32,000 nucleotides of DNA from an uncultured Opitutales bacterium (GTDB taxonomy: Bacteria; Verrucomicrobiota; Verrucomicrobiia; Opitutales; Intestinicryptomonadaceae). Under the pieces are notes generated by a model. It did no database searches, was not told the origin of the DNA, and saw only the letters and a program-made list of their open reading frames with translations. The DNA lies in NCBI GenBank assembly GCA_934613415.1, contig CAKTSY010000003.1:180001-212000 (forward strand). The letters are read 5' to 3'. A program made the translations under genes and the position numbers. Below, piece after piece: positions 15,355 through 23,799 of the stretch (its first letter is position 1; each line of letters starts with the position of its first letter).

Positions 15355-15364
15355 CGAACGTTCG
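15355..15364. promoter_or_regulatory. Perfect 10-bp palindrome CGAACGTTCG upstream of shc (candidate TetR operator)
   Basis: The palindrome was read directly. It lies about 76 nt upstream of the shc ATG and 8 nt upstream (in the minus-strand sense) of a TTGACA hexamer (complement of 15341..15346). No binding data exist; the assignment to the co-transcribed TetR is inference. Confidence 0.35.
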
Positions 15365-15441
15365 TTCAGTAAATCGCCAGCAAACCTACATTTTAAGCCA
15401 TATTATTTTTCGAAAAGATTAAATCTTTAAAAAAATCCGTC

Positions 15442-16368
15442 CTAATTTTTAAACGAATCTACGTCTAAAACAGCCTCTATTTTATTTTCTATTTCGTCGG
15501 GCAAAGCCGAAAAGAAATCTGTTTTAGAAATTTCCTCTATATAGTCTATGCTCTTTGCATAGGTCCAAAAATTTTCGTTTTCTGGATTTTGCGGAACAAC
15601 AAAGCCAATGCACTTATAGCCGCCATTTTTATCCTTTGCCAAAATCGCCATATAGCAGGCATTCGGTATTGCAACTTTGTTTCTTATATGCTGCGGCTTT
15701 TCGGGCAAAAGCGCGCCCGCAACAATTATAAGTTTTTCGAAATTATAGGTGGCGTCCTTTGCCAAAAAAATTTCTATATCGCGCCAAACCTTGCGGTTTA
15801 ACTGCGGTTTTTGCGGAACAATGTTTGTAAGCAAAAATGTCTCCATTTGCGCTTTGTTGCCAAAGCATACGCCAACTGCATAGTTGGGCGACATGTGCCC
15901 CCTGTCGTAGCCGCTCGACGAATAGTCGGAATGCTTGGGGCAGTTTAAAACCCTGCGGTCTTGCTCGAATCTTTGGGGGCGTTCGGCGGTTTTATATTTA
16001 AAGGGTCTTTGCACGGAATATATAGACCACATTGGAATGGCAAACTTTTCGCTAAAGCCTGCAATATAGCCCGTGTTTTTTAAAACCTTAACGTTTTCCT
16101 TAGACTTAGGCAGATAGTTTGCAATTTCAAATTCGGCAAAGTTTTGGTCAACCAAAACCCCGTCGCCTTGCGTGCATTTTTTGTCGAACGCATCTACAAG
16201 CGCAATTTTTATGCTTTGCGCTTTTTCGCATGCATAATTGCAAAATTCGTCGTATTGTTTTGGGAAAAGCTGGCCTGCCAGCCCGACTGCAACGCCCAAA
16301 AGCAACACAAACACCGCAAGCTTTGCCCTAAGCGGAAAGCCCCTTTTTTGCCGTCTTTTACGCTTCAA
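15442..16368 (-). CDS. Membrane-anchored DNA/RNA non-specific endonuclease (NUC/EndoG family)
   Basis: The active-site motif YDRGHMSPNYA (the DRGH motif) is present with downstream asparagines (LLTNIVPQ). The N-terminal basic stretch plus hydrophobic helix is KRKRRQKRGFPLRAKLAVFVLLLGVAVGLAG. The start is TTG at 16368 and there is no in-frame ATG near the N-terminus. Confidence 0.8.
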   Translation of the reverse strand: MKRKRRQKRGFPLRAKLAVFVLLLGVAVGLAGQLFPKQYDEFCNYACEKAQSIKIALVDAFDKKCTQGDGVLVDQNFAEFEIANYLPKSKENVKVLKNTGYIAGFSEKFAIPMWSIYSVQRPFKYKTAERPQRFEQDRRVLNCPKHSDYSSSGYDRGHMSPNYAVGVCFGNKAQMETFLLTNIVPQKPQLNRKVWRDIEIFLAKDATYNFEKLIIVAGALLPEKPQHIRNKVAIPNACYMAILAKDKNGGYKCIGFVVPQNPENENFWTYAKSIDYIEEISKTDFFSALPDEIENKIEAVLDVDSFKN

Positions 16369-16370
16369 AA

Positions 16371-17912
16371 TTAGCCCTCCGTTTTATAGTGCCTTATTCC
16401 CGATTTCTCGAAAAACTCTTCGAGATTTTCTATTTGGTCACTTATAAACAAAAGCTTGTCGCCCAGCTTAAGCGTTGTGCCGCCCGTAGGCACAAAATAT
16501 TTGTCGCCGCGTTTTACCATAATAACAAGCGTATTTTTTGGCAGCTGCATTTTCGCCAAAGTGTCGCCGTTTTGCAGCAGCTCGTTTGTAATGTCTAAAC
16601 TGCACAGTGCCGACTGTATTTCGTCGGGCAGCTCTATGTCGAAGTCGCCGCTTTCGTCTGCACTTTGGCTTTTAACACCAAGCAGTTTCGCCATTGGAAC
16701 AACTGTCATTCCCTGAATTATAAGCGAAAGAATTGTTATAAAAAACACCGTGTTAAATATCGTTTCTGCCCCGGGAACGCTAGAAGCGAAAGGATATGTT
16801 GCAAAAATTATGGGAACCGCCCCCCTTAGCCCCACCCACGAGGTATAAAATCTAGCCCGCATAGAAAAGCTCCTAAAGGGAGCCATACATAGCAGCACGC
16901 TTAACGGCCTTCCAAGCAGCATCATAAAAGTTCCAACCAAAACGCCGAAGAGCGCAATTTTGCCCAATCCCGAAGGGTTTACCAACAAGCCCAACGCCAA
17001 GAACATTACAATTTGCCAAAGCCAAGTAAATGTCTGAAAGAATTTTAAAACGCCTTTTTTATGCGCAAATTTTGAATTGCCAACAATAAGCCCCGACAAA
17101 TACACCGCCAAGTAGCCGTTGCCTTTGCATAAATCGGTTGCAGAATATATAAAGAATACGCACCCTACCATAAGCACGGCATATAGCGACTGCGAATCTA
17201 GCCTGATTTTATGGAATACCCAAATGACGGCCAGCGCAAAGCCAATGCCGGCCAATACGCCTACGACAACCTGCACTAAAAACACCCACAATGTTTGCCC
17301 AATGCCTATGTCGCCCGAAGTTATATAGGTTATGCACGCTATTGTAAGCATAAACGCCATAGGGTCGTTGCTGCCGCTTTCTAGCTCTAAAAGCGGGCGC
17401 AAGTTTTCGTTAAGCGAAAGCCCTTTGCTCCTTAAAACCGAAAACACCGAAGCCGAATCGGTAGACGACATAACACTTGCCAGCAAAAGCGACTGCGCGT
17501 AGCTTAGCGAAATGTCGTCGAACATATTTGCAATGTAGTAGATAAAAACCGAAGTAAGCAGCGCGGTAAAAACCACGCCGAAAAACGCCAGCGATACCCC
17601 CGCTTTTGCAACGGGTTTTATTTCCGAAAGTCTGGTATCCATACCGCCCGTAAACAGAATTACGCTAAGGGCCATCATACCTATAAACTGCGCCTGTTTG
17701 TGCGAGCTAAATTCTATGCCGTAGCCGTCGCAACCCATAAACATACCCACAACCAAAAACAGCAATAAGCTGGGAACGCCGAATTTATAGCCAGCCTTGC
17801 TCGCAATTATGCCCAAAAACAGCATAACCGAACCAAGCAGCATCATATTCTCTAGCGTTAAATTCTCTTTAAGTGAAATAAAATTGCTTATATGCTCTAA
17901 AATGTAGCCCAT
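16371..17912 (-). CDS. nhaP2: Cation/proton (K+/H+) antiporter, CPA1 NhaP2/CvrA-like, with C-terminal RCK_C (TrkA-C) domain
   Basis: It has about 12 predicted hydrophobic helices, conserved MSSTDSASV and LESGSNDPMA segments typical of NhaP-type exchangers, and a C-terminal soluble domain (LPKNTLVIMVKRGDKYFVPTGGTTLKLGDKLLFIS) matching TrkA-C. Its stop codon is 2 nt from the nuclease start. Confidence 0.85.
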   Translation of the reverse strand: MGYILEHISNFISLKENLTLENMMLLGSVMLFLGIIASKAGYKFGVPSLLLFLVVGMFMGCDGYGIEFSSHKQAQFIGMMALSVILFTGGMDTRLSEIKPVAKAGVSLAFFGVVFTALLTSVFIYYIANMFDDISLSYAQSLLLASVMSSTDSASVFSVLRSKGLSLNENLRPLLELESGSNDPMAFMLTIACITYITSGDIGIGQTLWVFLVQVVVGVLAGIGFALAVIWVFHKIRLDSQSLYAVLMVGCVFFIYSATDLCKGNGYLAVYLSGLIVGNSKFAHKKGVLKFFQTFTWLWQIVMFLALGLLVNPSGLGKIALFGVLVGTFMMLLGRPLSVLLCMAPFRSFSMRARFYTSWVGLRGAVPIIFATYPFASSVPGAETIFNTVFFITILSLIIQGMTVVPMAKLLGVKSQSADESGDFDIELPDEIQSALCSLDITNELLQNGDTLAKMQLPKNTLVIMVKRGDKYFVPTGGTTLKLGDKLLFISDQIENLEEFFEKSGIRHYKTEG

Positions 17913-18003
17913 TTACAGTTTTTTTTGCTTGAGAGTTTTTTATATTGAAGCTAGTGATGTACACAGCTTTTACACATTCGTATTATCAACAATAACAGAC
18001 TTT

Positions 18004-18858
18004 ATGTTAAAGAAAAAAATGAAAATTATGCTAAAAATTATGCTGATGGCGGCTGTTGTGCTTTCGGGCACGGCTTTCGCGCAAAACGAAAACGTTTTTG
18101 TGTTCAACACAAAAAGCCCATCTATGCAAAAGGAAATTCCGGCCACAATAGTTTTGCCAGATTCCTATAAAACGCAAAAAGAGACATTCCCCGTTATATA
18201 TCTATTGCACGGCCACGGCGGCAACCACGCGGGCTGGGCTAAGCACACTCAGCCGCAGCTGCAAAAGCTTGCAACCCAGCACAACATTATTTTTGTATGC
18301 CCCGACGGCGCCAACAGCTGGTATTGGGACAGCCCCATAGACCCAAAGCTAAAGTACGAAACCTACATAACCAAAGAGCTTATCCCGCAAATAGACGCAA
18401 AATTTAATACCGTTAAAAACCGCAAAGGCAGGGCAATTATTGGCTTTAGTATGGGAGGCCACGGCGCGCTATATTTGGCGATAAACCACCAAGACCTTTT
18501 CGGGGCTTGCGGCTCGCTTAGCGGCGGGGTAGACATCAGGCCTTTCCCCAACAACTGGCATATGGCAAATTCGCTTGGCGAATATTCCAAGAATAAAGAG
18601 GTTTGGGACTCGCACACGGTTATGGAGCAACTCTATAAAATTAAGCCAAACTCTCTTGCAATTACAATCGATTGCGGCGTAAAAGACTTTTTCTACCAAG
18701 TTAACGAAGAGCTCCACCAAAGGCTGCTATACCTGAACATTCCGCACGACTACACTACCCGCCCGGGCGCGCACACCCACGAATATTGGGGCAACGCCAT
18801 ACGCTTTCAGACAGTGTTTTTCGACGAATACTTTAAAAAACAAAACGTAAAAAAATAG
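18004..18858 (+). CDS. Secreted alpha/beta-hydrolase esterase (esterase D / 'putative esterase' family), copy 1
   Basis: The nucleophile elbow is GFSMGGHGA. Other motifs are PVIYLLHGHGGNHAGW, IDCGVKDF (Asp) and RPGAHTHEYW (His). The signal peptide is …KIMLMAAVVLSGTAFA-Q. The start is uncertain between ATG 18004 and ATG 18019. The listed TTG 17929 extension lacks a signal and is unlikely. Confidence 0.8.
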   Translation: MLKKKMKIMLKIMLMAAVVLSGTAFAQNENVFVFNTKSPSMQKEIPATIVLPDSYKTQKETFPVIYLLHGHGGNHAGWAKHTQPQLQKLATQHNIIFVCPDGANSWYWDSPIDPKLKYETYITKELIPQIDAKFNTVKNRKGRAIIGFSMGGHGALYLAINHQDLFGACGSLSGGVDIRPFPNNWHMANSLGEYSKNKEVWDSHTVMEQLYKIKPNSLAITIDCGVKDFFYQVNEELHQRLLYLNIPHDYTTRPGAHTHEYWGNAIRFQTVFFDEYFKKQNVKK

Positions 18859-18863
18859 AGGAA

Positions 18864-19703
18864 ATGAATTTAAAAAAGTGCCTTTCTCTTATTGCGTTTG
18901 GCGTTTTTGTAGCGACTGCCATTGCCGCAAACAAAAACGTTTTAACGCTTAACACAAAAAGCGAATGTATGAAAAAAGACATTCCCGCCATTGTTGTTTT
19001 GCCCGACTCGTACCAAACGCAAAAAGAGCCCTTCCCCGTAATTTACCTATTGCACGGGCAAGACGGCAACTATGCGGGCTGGGCAAACGGCACGCAGCCG
19101 CAGCTGCAAAAAATTGCAAGCCAACACAACATAATTTTTGTTTGCCCCGACGGCGCCAACAGCTGGTATTTAGACAGCCCCATAGACCCTGCAATTAAAT
19201 ACGAAACCTACATAACAAAAGAGCTTATACCCTTAATAGACGCAAAATTTAACACTGTTAAAGACCGCAAAGGCAGAGCAATTATTGGGTTAAGTATGGG
19301 CGGGCACGGCGCAATGTATTTGGCTATAAACCACCAAGACCTTTTCGGGGCTTGCGGCTCGCTTAGCGGAGCTGTAGATATGCGCACGCGCACCGACAAC
19401 GGGCACATAATAAGGGCATTGGGCGAATATTCTAAAAACAAAGAGCTTTGGCACGAACACTCGGTTATAACTTCGCTGCATAAAATCAAGCCCAACTCGC
19501 TTGCAATTACAATCGACTGCGGAACAAGCGACTTTTTGTATAACGACAACGAAGCCCTTCACAAAAAGCTGCTATATCTAAATATCCCGCACGACTACAC
19601 AACCCGCCCCGGCGCACACACCCACCAATATTGGGGCAACGCAATACGTTTTCAGACGGTGTTTTTCGACGAATATTTTAAGAGACAAAAGATAAAGAAA
19701 TAG
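18864..19703 (+). CDS. Secreted alpha/beta-hydrolase esterase, copy 2 (tandem paralog)
   Basis: It has the same architecture as copy 1: GLSMGGHGA, IDCGTSDF, RPGAHTHQYW, and signal peptide MNLKKCLSLIAFGVFVATAIAA. It starts 5 nt after the copy 1 stop. A 44-nt stretch (ataaaccaccaagaccttttcggggcttgcggctcgcttagcgg) is identical in both copies. Confidence 0.85.
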   Translation: MNLKKCLSLIAFGVFVATAIAANKNVLTLNTKSECMKKDIPAIVVLPDSYQTQKEPFPVIYLLHGQDGNYAGWANGTQPQLQKIASQHNIIFVCPDGANSWYLDSPIDPAIKYETYITKELIPLIDAKFNTVKDRKGRAIIGLSMGGHGAMYLAINHQDLFGACGSLSGAVDMRTRTDNGHIIRALGEYSKNKELWHEHSVITSLHKIKPNSLAITIDCGTSDFLYNDNEALHKKLLYLNIPHDYTTRPGAHTHQYWGNAIRFQTVFFDEYFKRQKIKK

Positions 19704-19721
19704 CACTTCCCTTAAAAAAGC

Positions 19722-19749
19722 AAAAACGCCCTTTTTTGGGCGTTTTTTT
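19722..19749. terminator. Bidirectional terminator between esterase 2 and the acyl-AMP ligase
   Basis: aaaaacgccc (19722..19731) pairs with gggcgttttt (19738..19747) around a 6-nt T loop. A runs and T runs flank it on both sides. Confidence 0.6.
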
Positions 19750-19776
19750 GTTGGTGTTTTTGTTTTGCAAATGTTT

Positions 19777-21414
19777 TTACCCTTTTGCAAGTTCGGCAAC
19801 GCGTTTTAAGTCTAGCTTGCCGGTAGAAAGCACCGGAATTTTGTCTACCCTTATTATGTGGCGCGGAATTGCCAAATTGCTTATTTTTGCATTTCTGCAA
19901 ACCTCTTTTAGTTTTGGAATTGCTATATCGAATGTCGAAAGCAAAACAATTGCCTCGCCCTTTTCGCTGTCTAGGCGCGAACTTACCGCAATAAGGGGAA
20001 CTTCGCTGTCGGCAACGTTAAAGCCCTTTGCCAACGCGCTTTCTACCGCCAAGTGCGAAACCATTTCGCCCGCAATTTTCGAAAATCTTTTTATGCGGCC
20101 GTCTATAAACAAAAAGCCGTCTTTGTCTATGCGCGCCAAGTCGCCCGTAATAAGCCAGTCGTTGTCCAACACCTTTGCAGTAGAAGTTTCGTCTTTATAG
20201 TAGCCCGCAAAAACATTCGGGCCTTGCATGCACAAAACGCCCTGCTCGCCGAAGGGCAAAGTCTGCATATTTTCGGGGTTTATAACGCAAGCTCTCATTC
20301 CGGGGAAAAGCTTGCCAACCGAGCCTTTTCTTCTGCCCGTGGTAAAATAGCCTAAATCCCTTTCGGGCAAATTAACGGAAACTACGGGCGAGGTTTCCGT
20401 TAGCCCGTAGCCTTCCGAATATGATTTGCCGAAAGTTTCGTTCCAAAAATCCTCGAAGCCATCGGGCGTTTTTTCCGCACCCGAAATCGCCTTTCTTATG
20501 CACGAAAAATCCTCTTTTGTTGCCCTCTTAAAATAGGCTCTAAAAAAGGTGGGCGTTCCAAGCATTACGGTTGGACGTTTTTCCCTTATCGCCTTAATAT
20601 TGCCCTTAATGTCTATTGGGCTATATAGCGTAAGCGTTTTTTGCCCAAAAAGCGCAATATACCAAACCTCGAACAAAAGGCCGAATGAGTGGAACACCGG
20701 CAAATTCGCAAGCAAATTGTCGCCGTCTTCAAAAACCATGCTTTTCTTTACCTGCAATGTGTTTGCAATTATGTTCTTTTCGCTTAAAATTGCGGCTTTG
20801 GGTTTAGACTCGCTGCCGCTTGTAAAAATTAAAGTCGCCTCTTTTTTGTTGTCGGAATTTTCGTCTATACCGAATTTTTTTAGGAGATATTCGGCGTCTT
20901 TTGCGTGAGTATCTATTTCGGCTAAAAGCGAAGCGTCTAGCGAATCTATCATTTCGGAAATTTCGCGGTAGTTTTCGCTCCACGGGAAGGCGGGGGTACT
21001 TATCTGCAACTTTTCGCGCAGCATTTTTGCCGAAATCATAGTGTCTATATCGGCAAGCTTAACGCAGTCGTTGAGGGCGTCTACCCCCATTGTAAAGTTT
21101 ATGTTAACGGGAACTTTGCCCGCCAAAATGCACGCACAATTTGTAACCACAGCATACATAGAAGGCATTAAAACAAGCCCTATGCGCTTTTTTTCGCTTA
21201 GCGTTTTAATCTTTTTAGACAACGCCAAGGCCGTCTGCAAAAGCTGCCTGCCGCAATAGTCTTTGTCGCCCCAAGTGTAGTCGCACAAAATGTTTTTGTC
21301 GGCGTTCAAAGAAAGCCCTTTAACAATAAGCGACGCCAAAGATTTGCCGAGCTCGGGCTCTTTCGAAAACTCTTCGTAGCCCATATCGAATACATTTACA
21401 CCCGAAAATTGCAT
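19777..21414 (-). CDS. AMP-dependent synthetase/ligase (acyl-CoA / acyl-ACP synthetase, Aas-like)
   Basis: The adenylate-forming core motifs are LIFTSGSESKPKAAILSEKN (a variant of TSGTTGxPKG), EGYGLTETSP, TGDLARIDKDGFLFIDGRIKRFSKIAGEMV and a C-terminal GKLD lysine. The start is either ATG 21414 or TTG 21420. Confidence 0.8.
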   Translation of the reverse strand: MQFSGVNVFDMGYEEFSKEPELGKSLASLIVKGLSLNADKNILCDYTWGDKDYCGRQLLQTALALSKKIKTLSEKKRIGLVLMPSMYAVVTNCACILAGKVPVNINFTMGVDALNDCVKLADIDTMISAKMLREKLQISTPAFPWSENYREISEMIDSLDASLLAEIDTHAKDAEYLLKKFGIDENSDNKKEATLIFTSGSESKPKAAILSEKNIIANTLQVKKSMVFEDGDNLLANLPVFHSFGLLFEVWYIALFGQKTLTLYSPIDIKGNIKAIREKRPTVMLGTPTFFRAYFKRATKEDFSCIRKAISGAEKTPDGFEDFWNETFGKSYSEGYGLTETSPVVSVNLPERDLGYFTTGRRKGSVGKLFPGMRACVINPENMQTLPFGEQGVLCMQGPNVFAGYYKDETSTAKVLDNDWLITGDLARIDKDGFLFIDGRIKRFSKIAGEMVSHLAVESALAKGFNVADSEVPLIAVSSRLDSEKGEAIVLLSTFDIAIPKLKEVCRNAKISNLAIPRHIIRVDKIPVLSTGKLDLKRVAELAKG

Positions 21415-21492
21415 AGCCAAAGAAATTGCATATAGGTAATTGACTTGTCAAACGTTTTGATGGAAAATAAATTCCATATATTTTATAAGACT

Positions 21493-22239
21493 ATGCAAGA
21501 AAGTGAAATTTTTACACGCCCCGATTCGCGCAAATTCGACCAGTTGCGCGAAATCTCGTTTGTTCCGAATATCGCACCAAATGCCACAGGCTCGGTGCTT
21601 GCCTCGTTCGGCAACACAAAGGTTATATGCGCAGCCTGCCTTGAAAAGAAAGTGCCAAATTGGCTAAACAGCATGGCCGACAAACAGGGCTGGATTACCG
21701 CCGAATATTCAATGCTGCCCTATTCTACCCTAAGCCGCAAGGCGCGCCCGCAAAACGGCAAAATAGACGGCCGAAGCGTGGAAATTCAGCGTTTAATTGG
21801 CAGGGCGTTAAGGGCGGTTACCGACCTTTCAAAAATTCCGGGGCACACGCTTTCCATAGACTGCGACGTTTTGCAGGCCGACGGCGGCACGCGCACAACC
21901 TCTATTTCGGGCGCGTTTGTTGCGGCAAGCTTGGCGGTAAACAAACTCATTAAAGAGGGAGCTTTAGCCGAAAGCCCCTTTATAGATTCTGTTGCCGCCG
22001 TAAGCGTTGGCGTTTACAACAACCACCTTGTTTTAGACCTTCCCTACGAAGAAGACAAAGACGCCCAGGTAGACGCCAACATTGCAATGACATCTTCGGG
22101 CAGATTTGTTGAAGTGCAGTGCAGCGGCGAAGAGGCTACTTTCGACTACCAGCAGCTTGCCGATATGCTTGCACTGGCAAAGAATGGCATTTTGGAAATA
22201 ATTGCAAAGCAAAACGAAATCATAAACAAGGTAAAATAA
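21493..22239 (+). CDS. rph: Ribonuclease PH
   Basis: Typical RNase PH motifs are RPDSRKFDQLREISF, GSVLASFGNTKVICAA, TAEYSMLPYST, GRSVEIQRLIGRALR and DCDVLQADGGTRTTSISGAFVA. I chose the start at ATG 21493 (MQESEIFTRPD…) to match the usual N-terminus. Confidence 0.9.
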   Translation: MQESEIFTRPDSRKFDQLREISFVPNIAPNATGSVLASFGNTKVICAACLEKKVPNWLNSMADKQGWITAEYSMLPYSTLSRKARPQNGKIDGRSVEIQRLIGRALRAVTDLSKIPGHTLSIDCDVLQADGGTRTTSISGAFVAASLAVNKLIKEGALAESPFIDSVAAVSVGVYNNHLVLDLPYEEDKDAQVDANIAMTSSGRFVEVQCSGEEATFDYQQLADMLALAKNGILEIIAKQNEIINKVK

Positions 22240-22565
22240 TGGACAAAGTTCAAAAGGCGGTAGAGTCTTTCCACAATCCCTATAGTTGCGCGCAGGCGGT
22301 TGCCGCGGCTTTCGACGAAAACATTTCCGCACAAAAGCTTGATTTTATGAAACAAAATTCGGCGGGCAGGGCCCCCAACGGCATTTGCGGCGCGCTTTTT
22401 GCCGCAATAGACGCCAATAACGGCGAAAATGCCGATATAATTTCAAAAGAATTTGCAAAAGCGGCGGGCTCTACAAAATGCAGGGAAATTAAAACCCTGC
22501 ACAAAACGCCGTGTGCAGAATGCGTAAGAATTGCAGCGTCAATTGCGAAAAATCATATAAAATAG
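22239..22565 (+). CDS. C_GCAxxG_C_C-family putative redox-active protein (108 aa)
   Basis: The cysteine pattern of the family is present: YSCAQAV…, NGICGALFAA (the CGAxxG-like core), GSTKCREI and TPCAECV. The ATG at 22239 overlaps the rph stop (TAATG). The listed longer ORF from 22119 would overlap rph by 120 nt and is rejected. Confidence 0.7.
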   Translation: MDKVQKAVESFHNPYSCAQAVAAAFDENISAQKLDFMKQNSAGRAPNGICGALFAAIDANNGENADIISKEFAKAAGSTKCREIKTLHKTPCAECVRIAASIAKNHIK

Positions 22566-22627
22566 GCGGTTTGGCAAATCCTTATTTGCTTGATAAAAAC
22601 AAAAAAATAATAAACTATTTTTAAATT

Positions 22628-23794
22628 ATGAACAAAAACTATGTATTCTCATCGGAGTCGGTTGGCGAAGGCCACCCCGACAAGGTTGCCGACTATATTT
22701 CCGACAGCATTCTCGACGCATGCCTAGCGCAGGACAAATTTTCGCGCGTTGCCTGCGAAACTCTTGTAAAAAGCAACTGTGTTGTAGTTGCAGGCGAAAT
22801 AACAACAAAAGCCGTTATAGATTACGAAAAGATTGTACGCCAAGCCATTAGGGAAATCGGCTATGTAAACGACGACGACGTTTTTCACGCCGACAAGGTT
22901 TTCATTAACAATTTAATTACAAAGCAGTCGCCAGACATTGCCCAAGGCGTAAACGCCAAGAAGGCAAAGGGCAAGAAAACAGCGGAGCAAGGCGCGGGCG
23001 ACCAGGGCATCATGTTCGGCTATGCCACAAACGAAACCGACGAATATATGCCGGCCGCCGTTATGTTTGCGCACAGAATTTTAACCGAATTGGCAAAGGT
23101 TCGCAAATCGGGCAAAGGCCCCAAGTGGTTGCGCCCCGACTGCAAAAGTCAGGTTGCAGTTTCCTACACAAACGGCAAGCTTTCGAGCATCGACAACGTT
23201 GTAGTTTCAACCCAGCACTCGGCCGACGTTGAACACGACGAAATCGAAAAATACATTGTAGAAAAAATCGTAAAGAAGGTATTGCCCAAAAAGTTGCTTA
23301 AAAACACGCAATATTTGGTTAACCCCACGGGCAAATTTGTTGTGGGAGGCCCCCAGGGCGACAGCGGTTTGACAGGTCGCAAAATTATTGTGGATACCTA
23401 CGGCGGCACGGGTCGCCACGGCGGCGGCGCCTTCTCGGGCAAAGACCCCTCTAAGGTAGACAGAAGCGCAGCCTATATGTGCCGCTATGTTGCAAAGAAC
23501 ATAGTTGCAGCGGGCCTTGCCGACAAATGCGAGCTTCAGGTTGCATACGCAATCGGCTATCCGCACCCGACTTCTATTTTGGTAGATACATTCGGAACCG
23601 GCAAAGTTGCCGACGAAAAAATCGCCGAAGCTGTAAAGAAGGTATTTAGCTTTAAGCCCGCCGATATTATCAAGCAGCTAGACCTGCTAAGGCCAATCTA
23701 CAAAAAGTCTACAAACTACGGACACTTTACAAAGGCAGATTTGCCCTGGGAAAAGCTCGACAAAGTTCAGGCTCTTAAAAACGCTGTTAAGTAA
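22628..23794 (+). CDS. metK: S-adenosylmethionine synthetase
   Basis: [58 protein letters not shown]. It shows full-length canonical MetK signatures. Confidence 0.97.
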   Translation: MNKNYVFSSESVGEGHPDKVADYISDSILDACLAQDKFSRVACETLVKSNCVVVAGEITTKAVIDYEKIVRQAIREIGYVNDDDVFHADKVFINNLITKQSPDIAQGVNAKKAKGKKTAEQGAGDQGIMFGYATNETDEYMPAAVMFAHRILTELAKVRKSGKGPKWLRPDCKSQVAVSYTNGKLSSIDNVVVSTQHSADVEHDEIEKYIVEKIVKKVLPKKLLKNTQYLVNPTGKFVVGGPQGDSGLTGRKIIVDTYGGTGRHGGGAFSGKDPSKVDRSAAYMCRYVAKNIVAAGLADKCELQVAYAIGYPHPTSILVDTFGTGKVADEKIAEAVKKVFSFKPADIIKQLDLLRPIYKKSTNYGHFTKADLPWEKLDKVQALKNAVK

Positions 23795-23799
23795 TTGAT

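Noticed and set aside
22566-22627. SAM or SAH riboswitch upstream of metK / ahcY
   Set aside because: The metK leader is only about 62 nt, AT-rich, and contains only a small 6-bp hairpin (ggcaaat-cctt-atttgc). The metK-ahcY gap is 5 nt. There is no room or conserved core for any known SAM/SAH riboswitch class.
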